From assembly GCA_963761335.1 (NCBI GenBank), contig CAVXGR010000021.1, positions 224,001 to 288,000 on the forward strand: a stretch of 64,000 bases of DNA. Reading direction: 5' to 3'. The DNA is from an uncultured delta proteobacterium (GTDB lineage: Bacteria > Desulfobacterota > Binatia > HRBIN30 > BPIQ01). The notes beneath the pieces were generated by a model. That model saw only the letters and a program-made list of their open reading frames with translations. It searched no databases and had not been told where the DNA came from. Below, one piece after another: positions 52,093 to 59,847 of this stretch (within the stretch, counting starts at the first letter, position 1; every line of letters begins with the position of its first letter). The translations under genes and the position numbers were made by a program.

Positions 52093-52764
52093 ATGGGAAT
52101 GAAACGAACGCGGATCGTCTATGTCTCGGCCGGCGCGATCGCCGTCGCTCTCCTGCTGGTCGCCGCCCCATACCTGCGTCCGTCCGTCTCCGCCGGCGAG
52201 CCCCTGGTGGTGAAGCTCTGTGACAACCAGACGACGACGACCGTCGCCGCCGACGCGCCGCGCACGCACGAGCAGGGGCTGGAGATATCCGAGTCGCTGA
52301 TGACCCAGTGGAAGAGGAAGAATCCCGATCGCAACTGGGTCGAGGAGGAGCAGGAGAAGCACGAGATCATGCCTCCGGCCGACAACAGCGATCTGATCGG
52401 CAAGACACAGGGTGCGACCTACTCGCGGATCACCAAGAACGACGTGGAGATGTGGAAGCGAGAGACGATCAAGGCGGTGACCGAGGGGTCGCGCGTCTTC
52501 CACAGCGCCGACGAGCTCGGCAGCGAGATCGCGGTGTCGTGCGACATGTGCCACCCGAATGCGTCGAACACGCATCCGGAGACCTATCCCAAGTTCCAGG
52601 AGCAGCTTGGGCGTGTGGCCCTGCTGCGCGACATGATCAACTGGTGCATCCAGCACCCGGTGCGCGGCAAGGAGCTGGCCCCCGACGATCCGAAGATGCG
52701 AGCGCTGGAGGCTTACATTCTGGCGCAGCGCAAGGGCAAGACTCTCGACTACGGCAAACGCTGA
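52093..52764 (+). CDS. Monoheme cytochrome c with SoxA-like C-terminal heme domain
   Basis: Signal or anchor segment, CDMCH, YPKF and INWC motifs. Confidence 0.8.
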   Translation: MGMKRTRIVYVSAGAIAVALLLVAAPYLRPSVSAGEPLVVKLCDNQTTTTVAADAPRTHEQGLEISESLMTQWKRKNPDRNWVEEEQEKHEIMPPADNSDLIGKTQGATYSRITKNDVEMWKRETIKAVTEGSRVFHSADELGSEIAVSCDMCHPNASNTHPETYPKFQEQLGRVALLRDMINWCIQHPVRGKELAPDDPKMRALEAYILAQRKGKTLDYGKR

Positions 52765-52777
52765 TGGGAGCACCAAG

Positions 52778-52828
52778 GTAGAAGCGCCGTCCCGGCGCCT
52801 CCGGGAAGCGGCGGGACGCCGCTTCTAC
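52778..52828. repeat. GTAG-family REP doublet, copy 6
   Basis: Fills nearly the whole gap between convergent genes. Confidence 0.88.
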
Positions 52829-52833
52829 GCCTC

Positions 52834-53775
52834 TCAGGCGCGCAGCGCCTTGGGAAGCGGGAAGGTGACGTGCTCCTCTGCGGTCACCAGCTCGCGGATC
52901 TCGGCGCGCCCGAGCGCCCGCAGGTGATCGGCGACGGCGCGCACCAAGGCCTCGGGAGTCGAGGCTCCCGCGGTGAGTCCGACGGCACTGACGCCGTCGA
53001 GCCACGACGCCTCGACTCCGCCGGCGTCCTCGATCAGCCACGCCTCCGTTCCCTCGTTGCGCGCCACCTCCACCAGGCGGTTGGCGTTGCTCGAGGTCGG
53101 TGAGCCGATCACCAACACCAGGTCCGTCTGCCGCGCCAGATCCTTGACCGCCGTCTGGCGATTCTGGGTGGCGTAGCAGATGTCGTCTTTCTTCGGCGCC
53201 CGCACCGCCGGGAAGCGGCGGCGGATCGCCTCGATGATCTCGCGGGTGTCGTCCACGGAGAGCGTCGTCTGGGTCACCACCCCGACGCGCTCCGGATCGC
53301 GCACCTGCACCCGCGCCACGTCGGCGACGTTCTCCACCAGATGCATCCTCTCCGGGGCGTGGCCGAGGGTGCCCTCGACCTCGACGTGGCCGCGGTGCCC
53401 GATCAGCAGGATGTCGTAGTCCTCGCGCGCGAAGCGCAGCGCCTCGAGATGGACCTTGGTGACCAGCGGGCAAGTCGCGTCGATCACCCGCAGCTGCCGT
53501 CGCTCCGCCTCCTGGCGCACCGCCGGCGAGACGCCGTGGGCGCTGAAGATGAGCAGGCTGCCCTCCGGCACCTCCGCCAGATCGTCGACGAAGCGCGCCC
53601 CGCGCGCCCGCAGCTCCTCGACCACGTGGCGGTTGTGGACGATCTCGTGGCGCACGTAGACCGGCGGCCCATAGCGCTCCAGCACCATGTCGACGATGTC
53701 GATCGCGTAGGAGACGCCGGCGCAGAACCCCCGCGGGCTGGCGATCAGAATCTCTCCACCGGTATCGGTCGACAT
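52834..53775 (-). CDS. ispH: 4-hydroxy-3-methylbut-2-enyl diphosphate reductase
   Basis: PRGFCAGV, DATCPLV, ICYATQNRQ and TAGASTP motifs; start ATG 53775. Confidence 0.97.
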   Translation of the reverse strand: MSTDTGGEILIASPRGFCAGVSYAIDIVDMVLERYGPPVYVRHEIVHNRHVVEELRARGARFVDDLAEVPEGSLLIFSAHGVSPAVRQEAERRQLRVIDATCPLVTKVHLEALRFAREDYDILLIGHRGHVEVEGTLGHAPERMHLVENVADVARVQVRDPERVGVVTQTTLSVDDTREIIEAIRRRFPAVRAPKKDDICYATQNRQTAVKDLARQTDLVLVIGSPTSSNANRLVEVARNEGTEAWLIEDAGGVEASWLDGVSAVGLTAGASTPEALVRAVADHLRALGRAEIRELVTAEEHVTFPLPKALRA

Positions 53776-53921
53776 GGGACGACGGTGCCACTTTCGATTC
53801 TTCGCGGCAAGGCGGGGAGGGTGGCTCGGTGGCTCGGTGATCGGGTTGTCGGGCTGTCGGGATGGCGGTCGGCAATGGTGCTGAGCCCCGGAGGGGCGTG
53901 GGCATGTAGCCCCGGGGTGGA

Positions 53922-54025
53922 GAGGCCGACTCAAAACCCGGGCAAAACGATTCCGCCGGCCCGCGGGCCAAGGTAGAAGCGGCGTCTCGCCGCTTCGGAA
54001 AGCGCCGGGACGGCGCTTCTACTTC
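53922..54025. repeat. Long REP-bearing element containing doublet copy 7 (53973-54022)
   Basis: Near-identical to 42929-43032. Confidence 0.88.
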
Positions 54026-54120
54026 GGAGGGGATCGCCAACCCGCAAACCCAACCCACCAACCCACCGAGCCACCGAGCAACTTCTTTCTTATTGTAATT
54101 CCCCGAAAGCGCGGGATACC

Positions 54121-55137
54121 ATGACCAACCGTGCCATGTCCGCCGCGCCTCTGTTCGTAATCACGCTGGATACCGAGCCCGACAATGAGTGGGGACGGCC
54201 ACGGGTGGCGACCACCGAGAACGCCCACTTCGTGCCGCGCTTCCACGAGCTGTGCGCCGCCTCCGGCTTCAAGGTGACCTACCTGATGACCCTGGAGATG
54301 GCCGAGGATCCGTTCCTGCGGCAATACCTGCAGCCCCGGCTGGAACGCGGCGAGTGCGAGGTGGGGGCGCACCTGCATCCGTGGAACACGCCGCCTCTGG
54401 TGCAGGTCACCGAGGACGATCTGCGCCACCATCCGTACCCCTTCGAGTACCCGCCGGACGTGCAGCGCGCCAAGCTGCAGACGCTGGTCGCCGCCATTCA
54501 CCGGAGCTATGGTGTCTCTCCCGTCTCGTACAAGGCGGGCCGCTGGGGCCTCGACGGGTTCCACGCCGGCCTGCTCGACGAGATGGGCTTCCGCGCCGAT
54601 ACCTCCGTCTGCCCGGGGGTCAACTGGGGGCCGAGCAAGGGCGACCCGAAGCGCAGCGGCGGTCCCAACTTCAACGGCGCCGCGACGCATCCCTACCCGC
54701 TGTCCTCGGAGGACGTTCGCCGCCCCGGTGCCCTGCGCGTCTGGGAGGTTCCGCCGACCATCGTCTTCTACAGCGCCATCGGCCGCTACCTCCCCGGGGT
54801 GCGTTTCCTCTACCACCGCTATCGGCGGGTGCGCCGGCTCTTCGATCGCAAGCACCTCGGCTCGCAGTGGCTGCGGCCGTATCCGCACATGACCGCGGAT
54901 CGCCTCGCGCGAGTCGTCGCCCTGGCGCGGCGCTCCGGCGCGCCGGTGCTCAACCTCACCTTTCACTCGAGCGAGCTGATGCCCGGCGGCAGTCCCTACA
55001 ACAAGACGCCGCAGGCGATCGAGTCTCTCTTCCGCCGGCTCGAGGGCTTCTTCTCCTTCCTGCGCGGCGAGAAGGTCGAGGGAATTACCTTGGCGCAGGC
55101 GCGAGACCGTGTCGCTGCTGCCGCGGGCGGCGGCTGA
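54121..55137 (+). CDS. Polysaccharide deacetylase (WalW-like)
   Basis: ITLDTEPD, GAHLHPWNTPP, YKAGRW and FHSSEL motifs. Confidence 0.85.
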   Translation: MTNRAMSAAPLFVITLDTEPDNEWGRPRVATTENAHFVPRFHELCAASGFKVTYLMTLEMAEDPFLRQYLQPRLERGECEVGAHLHPWNTPPLVQVTEDDLRHHPYPFEYPPDVQRAKLQTLVAAIHRSYGVSPVSYKAGRWGLDGFHAGLLDEMGFRADTSVCPGVNWGPSKGDPKRSGGPNFNGAATHPYPLSSEDVRRPGALRVWEVPPTIVFYSAIGRYLPGVRFLYHRYRRVRRLFDRKHLGSQWLRPYPHMTADRLARVVALARRSGAPVLNLTFHSSELMPGGSPYNKTPQAIESLFRRLEGFFSFLRGEKVEGITLAQARDRVAAAAGGG

Positions 55138-55152
55138 GAGGTCTGCGAAGGC

Positions 55153-56178
55153 GTGGCGATTCTGCCGTTCGACGAGCGCGCGCCCCGAGCCGTGTTCGAG
55201 TTTCTCGAATCCCGCGTCGCTGCCCGCGGCGAGGCGCATTGGCGCTGGAAGTATCGCTTCGCCTCGGGGGAGAGGCCGGCGGCATTCTACTGGCAGGACG
55301 AGGAGGGGTGCATTCTCGGCTTCATCGGCCTGATGCGCACGGCGCTGGAGAGTGCCGGGAGCAGTGAGCCGGCGGCCTGGTTCGTCGACTGGCACGTGGC
55401 GCCGCAGGGCGGCGTCGGCGTCGGTCTCGGGCTCTTGCGCAAGGCGGAGGCGGATGCCGGCATGCTGCTGACGCTCCAGGGTTCCGACGATACCCGCAAG
55501 ATCCTGCCGCGCCTCGGCTGGAAGCAGGTGGAGGCGGCGTCGACGTGGGTGCGGGCGCTGAGCGGCCGCTTCGCAGCGGCGGCGATGGGCCGCCGCCTGC
55601 CGGCGGGGCTGCGCGGCGCCGCCTCTCTCGGCGCGCCGGCGGCCTCCGTTCTCCTGCGCCTCTCCTCGCCGCCGCCGCTGCCCGGGGTGCGGCTCGAACC
55701 CGTCGAGCGTTTTCCCGCCGAGTATGCCGAGGTGTGGCGCGCCCGCCTCGTCGAGCTCGGCCCGGCGATGCGCCGCGACGCGGACTACCTCAACTATCTG
55801 TGCGCCGATTACCCGGGTGGCGGCTACACCGCGGCCGTGCTGCGCTGCGACGGCACGCTCGCCGGACACCTCATCTGGCGTCTCGACGACGACCGCCACG
55901 GCTCTCGCCGCGGGCGCATCGTCGATCTGCTGTGGCCCCGGGCTCGTTCCGAGCTCCTCCCCTGGCTGCTGCGCACCGCATGCGCCGACCTCCGGCGCCG
56001 CGGCGCCGACTACGTCGACCTGGTGCTGTCGAGCTCGACACTGCGCCGCGCCGCGGCGCAGTGCGGCTTTCGCTCGCGCTCGCCGGTGACCCTCTGGTAT
56101 CATCGTCTCCCAGCGGATTCGTCCGATCCGGCGCGCTGGCACATCAGCTATCTGGATTGCGACCGCGCCTACCGATGA
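55153..56178 (+). CDS. Tandem GNAT-fold acyltransferase
   Basis: HWRWKY, DWHVAP..G.G.G and RRDADYLNY motifs. Confidence 0.75.
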   Translation: MAILPFDERAPRAVFEFLESRVAARGEAHWRWKYRFASGERPAAFYWQDEEGCILGFIGLMRTALESAGSSEPAAWFVDWHVAPQGGVGVGLGLLRKAEADAGMLLTLQGSDDTRKILPRLGWKQVEAASTWVRALSGRFAAAAMGRRLPAGLRGAASLGAPAASVLLRLSSPPPLPGVRLEPVERFPAEYAEVWRARLVELGPAMRRDADYLNYLCADYPGGGYTAAVLRCDGTLAGHLIWRLDDDRHGSRRGRIVDLLWPRARSELLPWLLRTACADLRRRGADYVDLVLSSSTLRRAAAQCGFRSRSPVTLWYHRLPADSSDPARWHISYLDCDRAYR

Positions 56179-56423
56179 ACAGCGATATGAGTGAGACCAA
56201 ACGCCGCATTGTCGACGTCGTCAGCGGCGTCTTCCGCCTGCCGGCGCAAGTCGTCCGCGAAGGGGTCAGCCCCGATTCGGTCGAGGGCTGGGATTCCGAG
56301 AAGCACGTCGAGCTGGTGGTGGCTCTGGAGGAGACCTTCGGCTGCATGTTCGAAGCCGAGGAGGTCCCCGAGCTGACCTCCATCGACGGAATGGAGGCCG
56401 TTCTCCACCGCCATGGCTACTGA
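56175..56423 (+). CDS. Acyl carrier protein
   Basis: Small acidic protein with GWDS phosphopantetheine site and LEETFG; ATGA coupling. Confidence 0.88.
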   Translation: MNSDMSETKRRIVDVVSGVFRLPAQVVREGVSPDSVEGWDSEKHVELVVALEETFGCMFEAEEVPELTSIDGMEAVLHRHGY

Positions 56424-58440
56424 AGCGAGACGGACCGCGACGGCGGCCGATGCCGCCCTCGAGCTGGAGGAGCAGGCGCTGGCCCGCATGCTGCTGATCC
56501 GCGCCGTTGAGGAGCGCCTGCTGTCGCTCTTCTCCGAAGGCAAGCTCTTTGGCACCACCCATACCTGCATCGGCCAGGAGACCTGCGCCGTCGCCGTGGT
56601 CGGCGCTCTCGATCTGGAGCGCGACATCGTCTTCTCCAGCCATCGGTGCCACGGCCACTTCCTCATGTACGCCGACGATCCGACCGCCTTGCTGGCGGAG
56701 ATCATGGGCCGGCAGACCGGGGCTTCCGGCGGCCGCGGCGGCAGTCAGCACCTGTGCGTCCGCAACTTCTACTCGAACGGCGTGCAGGGTGGCATCGTGC
56801 CGGTGGCCACCGGCGTCGCCCTGGCGGAGAAGCGCCGCGGCAGCGGCGCCGTCACCGTCTGCTTTCTCGGCGACGGCACGCTCGGCGAGGGCGTCGTGTA
56901 CGAGGCCTTCAACATGGCCTCGCTCTGGGGCGCGCCGATTCTCTTCGTCCTCGAGCACAACCGCTACGCGCAGTCGACGCCGACGGCACTGACGACGGCC
57001 GGCGACGTCGCCGCCCGCGCCGCGGCCTTCGGCATCGCCGCCGATCGGCGCGCCGCCGACGACCCGCTGGCGTTGGCGGCGCACATGCGCGCCGTGGTGG
57101 AGAGCGTGCGTCGCGAGCAGGCGCCGTTCCTGCAGATCCTCGACACCTACCGCCTGGCGGCACACAGCAAGGGCGATGACGATCGCAGCCGAGACGAGGT
57201 CGAGGAGGAGCGGCGACGCGATCCGCTGCAGCGGATGCGCGGCAGGGTCGGCGAGGTGCGCGCCGCCGCCGTCGCCGAGGAGGCGCGCCTGCGCGTCGAT
57301 CGCGCCGTGGCGGCGGCAGAGGCGGCGCCGTTCGCCGATCTGGACCCGCGGCTCGAGGCCGAGAGCTTTGCGGCGCGCGGGCGCCGCCGCGACGCCACCG
57401 CCGCACTGGCGCAGCACACCGCGGATCCGCAGGCGCTGATCGTTCAGCACCTGAACCGCGCTCTGCACCAGGCGATGGAGGAGGACGACGCCGTGCTGAT
57501 GATCGGCGAGGACCTGCTCGATCCGTACGGCGGCGCCTTCAAGGTGAGCCGCGGGCTGTCGACCCGGTTTCCCGAGCGCGTCCTCGCCGCCCCCATCAGC
57601 GAGGCGGGGATCATCGGCGTCGGCACGGGCCTGAGCCTCCGCGGCATGCGTCCGGTGGTGGAGATCATGTTCGGCGACTTCATCGCCCTCGGCGCCGACC
57701 AGATCGTCAACCACCTGGCCAAGTTCCATTGGATGTACAACGCCCAGGTGGAGACCCCGGTGGTCATCCGCACTCCCGTGGGCGGCCGCCGCGGCTACGG
57801 CCCCACCCACAGCCAATGCCTGGAGAAGATGTTCCTCGGCGTTCCGGGCATCGTCGTGGTCGCCATCAGCGCCCGCCACCAACCCGGCGAGCTGCTGCGG
57901 CGCGCCGTCCTCGACGACCCGCGCCCGGTGATCTTCCTGGAGCAAAAGCTGCTCTACGCCAAGCGTCTGGCGGTGGCGCCGCCGCCGGGAATGGAGCTCG
58001 AGGTGCACGAGAGCGAGCGCCACGCCCTCTATCCGACGGCAGTGTGGCGCCCGGCGGAGCTGACCGCGGACCTGACGGTGGTGACCTATGGTGCCGCCAC
58101 CGAGATCGTCGAAGAGGCGATGAGCACGGCCTTCGACGAGGAGGAGATCGTGGCGGAGTACATCGTGCCGGCCCAGCTGGCGCCGCTGTCGCTGGCGCCG
58201 ATCGCCGACTCGGTGCGCCGCACCGGCCGCTTGCTGGTGATCGAGGAGGGCACGCAGCCCTGGGGATTTGGCGCCGAGGTCGTTGCCCGCGTCTGCGAGG
58301 AGCTGCGCGACCGGCCGCCGCGCTGCGGCCGGGTTGGCGCGCATCCGTTGCCGATTCCCAATGCGCGGCCGGCGGAGGATCTCGTCCTGCCGAATGCGGC
58401 CCGTGTGGTTGCCGCCATGCGCGAGCTGATGCGCTCCTGA
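56413..58440 (+). CDS. Fused E1 alpha/beta ThDP-dependent 2-oxoacid dehydrogenase-like enzyme
   Basis: GDG...N ThDP motif, HSKGDD, GED, PISE, EIMFGDF and GPTHSQ motifs. Confidence 0.92.
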   Translation: MATEARRTATAADAALELEEQALARMLLIRAVEERLLSLFSEGKLFGTTHTCIGQETCAVAVVGALDLERDIVFSSHRCHGHFLMYADDPTALLAEIMGRQTGASGGRGGSQHLCVRNFYSNGVQGGIVPVATGVALAEKRRGSGAVTVCFLGDGTLGEGVVYEAFNMASLWGAPILFVLEHNRYAQSTPTALTTAGDVAARAAAFGIAADRRAADDPLALAAHMRAVVESVRREQAPFLQILDTYRLAAHSKGDDDRSRDEVEEERRRDPLQRMRGRVGEVRAAAVAEEARLRVDRAVAAAEAAPFADLDPRLEAESFAARGRRRDATAALAQHTADPQALIVQHLNRALHQAMEEDDAVLMIGEDLLDPYGGAFKVSRGLSTRFPERVLAAPISEAGIIGVGTGLSLRGMRPVVEIMFGDFIALGADQIVNHLAKFHWMYNAQVETPVVIRTPVGGRRGYGPTHSQCLEKMFLGVPGIVVVAISARHQPGELLRRAVLDDPRPVIFLEQKLLYAKRLAVAPPPGMELEVHESERHALYPTAVWRPAELTADLTVVTYGAATEIVEEAMSTAFDEEEIVAEYIVPAQLAPLSLAPIADSVRRTGRLLVIEEGTQPWGFGAEVVARVCEELRDRPPRCGRVGAHPLPIPNARPAEDLVLPNAARVVAAMRELMRS

Positions 58441-58456
58441 GATGGAGCGGAGATGA

Positions 58457-59617
58457 GTGAGCGAAGATGAGCGAGCGAGGATGAGCGAGCCATCCGTCCT
58501 GGCGCCTCCCGGCGACCCCTATCCGATCCTGGTGCCACGCGAGATCGTCAACGCCGATGCCGTGTTCGTGATTCGCTGGATCGCCTCCGACGGCGTGCTG
58601 GTCGAAGCGGGGGCGCCGCTCTGCGAGATCGAGACCTCGAAGGCGGTGGTGACCGTCGAGGCCGAGTATCCGGGATACGTGCGGCAGCACGCCGCCGTCG
58701 GCGACGAGGTGCCCATCGGCGGCGTGCTCGGCTACATCACCGCCGAGCTGGGCAGCGCCCTGCCGAAGGCCCCGGCGAGTGCGGCGCCGGAGGCCCCGCC
58801 GTCGGCGCGCATCAGCGCCAAGGCGCGACAGAAAATCGAAGAGCTGGGGCTCGACGTGGGGCTCTTCGCCGGCCGCGCCCTGGTGCGCGAGCAGGACGTC
58901 CTCGAGGTGGCAGCGCAGCGGGGGAGCGCCGCGGAGGACCCGCGGGGACCCTTCCAGCTCGAGCCCCTCGGACCCATCCAGAGGCGGGTCGCCCGCGTCA
59001 TGGAGCAGAGCGTCGCCGCCATTCCGGCAGCGGTCCTGGAGCGCAGCATCGACCTCGGACCCGTGCGCCGCCGCGCCCGCGAGCTGGCCGGTGAAAGCAA
59101 GCTGGTGGTCACCGAGGTCGACCTGCTGGTCGAAGCGGTGGCGCGTGCCTGCGGGCAGTTTCCCCGCTTCAACTGCTTCGTCACCGCAGATTACCAGCTG
59201 CACCGCTTTGCCCAGGTCAACGTCGGCGTCGCCGTCGACGTCGAGGGCGACCTCTACGTGGTCACCGTGCGCCAGGCGGAAACCAAGTCGGCGGCCGCGA
59301 TCGCCAAGGAGCTCCGCGGTCTCCAATATCTCGCGGCGCGCCGCCGGCTCGGGGTCGAGCATCTGAGCGGCGGCACGATCACCGTGACCTCGATGATCGG
59401 CCGCGGCGTGCACCATTTCCAGCCGATCCCCTATCCGCACCAGGCGGCCATCGTCGGCATTGCCGACACCGAGCCGGGAAGCAGCCGGGCGGCGCTGACC
59501 CTGGTCTTCGACCACCGCGTCGCCAACGGCTCCCAGGCGGCGGCCTTCCTCGCCGCCATCGACGCCGCGCTCGTCGATTCCGGGAGCGCCGCCGGCCCGG
59601 CCGCCGAGCCAAAGTAG
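58457..59617 (+). CDS. E2-like dihydrolipoamide acyltransferase
   Basis: Lipoyl motif IETSKA, subunit-binding-like segment, catalytic DHRVANG. Confidence 0.88.
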   Translation: MSEDERARMSEPSVLAPPGDPYPILVPREIVNADAVFVIRWIASDGVLVEAGAPLCEIETSKAVVTVEAEYPGYVRQHAAVGDEVPIGGVLGYITAELGSALPKAPASAAPEAPPSARISAKARQKIEELGLDVGLFAGRALVREQDVLEVAAQRGSAAEDPRGPFQLEPLGPIQRRVARVMEQSVAAIPAAVLERSIDLGPVRRRARELAGESKLVVTEVDLLVEAVARACGQFPRFNCFVTADYQLHRFAQVNVGVAVDVEGDLYVVTVRQAETKSAAAIAKELRGLQYLAARRRLGVEHLSGGTITVTSMIGRGVHHFQPIPYPHQAAIVGIADTEPGSSRAALTLVFDHRVANGSQAAAFLAAIDAALVDSGSAAGPAAEPK

Positions 59618-59663
59618 AAGCGCCGTCCCGGCGCTTTCCGAAGCGGCGAGACGCCGCTTCTAC
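59614..59663. repeat. GTAG-family REP doublet, copy 8
   Basis: Same sequence as copy 2; its GTAG provides the TAG stop of the E2 gene. Confidence 0.9.
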
Positions 59664-59684
59664 TTTGGCCGTCCCCGGATCATC

Positions 59685-59777
59685 CCCTCGGGGTCGGTAT
59701 CGCTATCGGTATCGAGTCCCGGGCGCGGAAGTCGATGCCGTGGCTTTCGATTCCGATGCCGATTCCGACCCCGAGGG
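59685..59777. repeat. Long inverted repeat built from 6-bp (ATCGGN-like) units
   Basis: CCCTCGGGGTCGGtatcgctatcggtatcga ... tcgattccgatgccgattCCGACCCCGAGGG. Confidence 0.7.
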
Positions 59778-59847
59778 AGTTCCTTGCTCGCCTCGCCCTC
59801 CCGGAGGCCCCGTTGTCCCTGCGCCGCCTTTCTTGTAACAACTCCCC

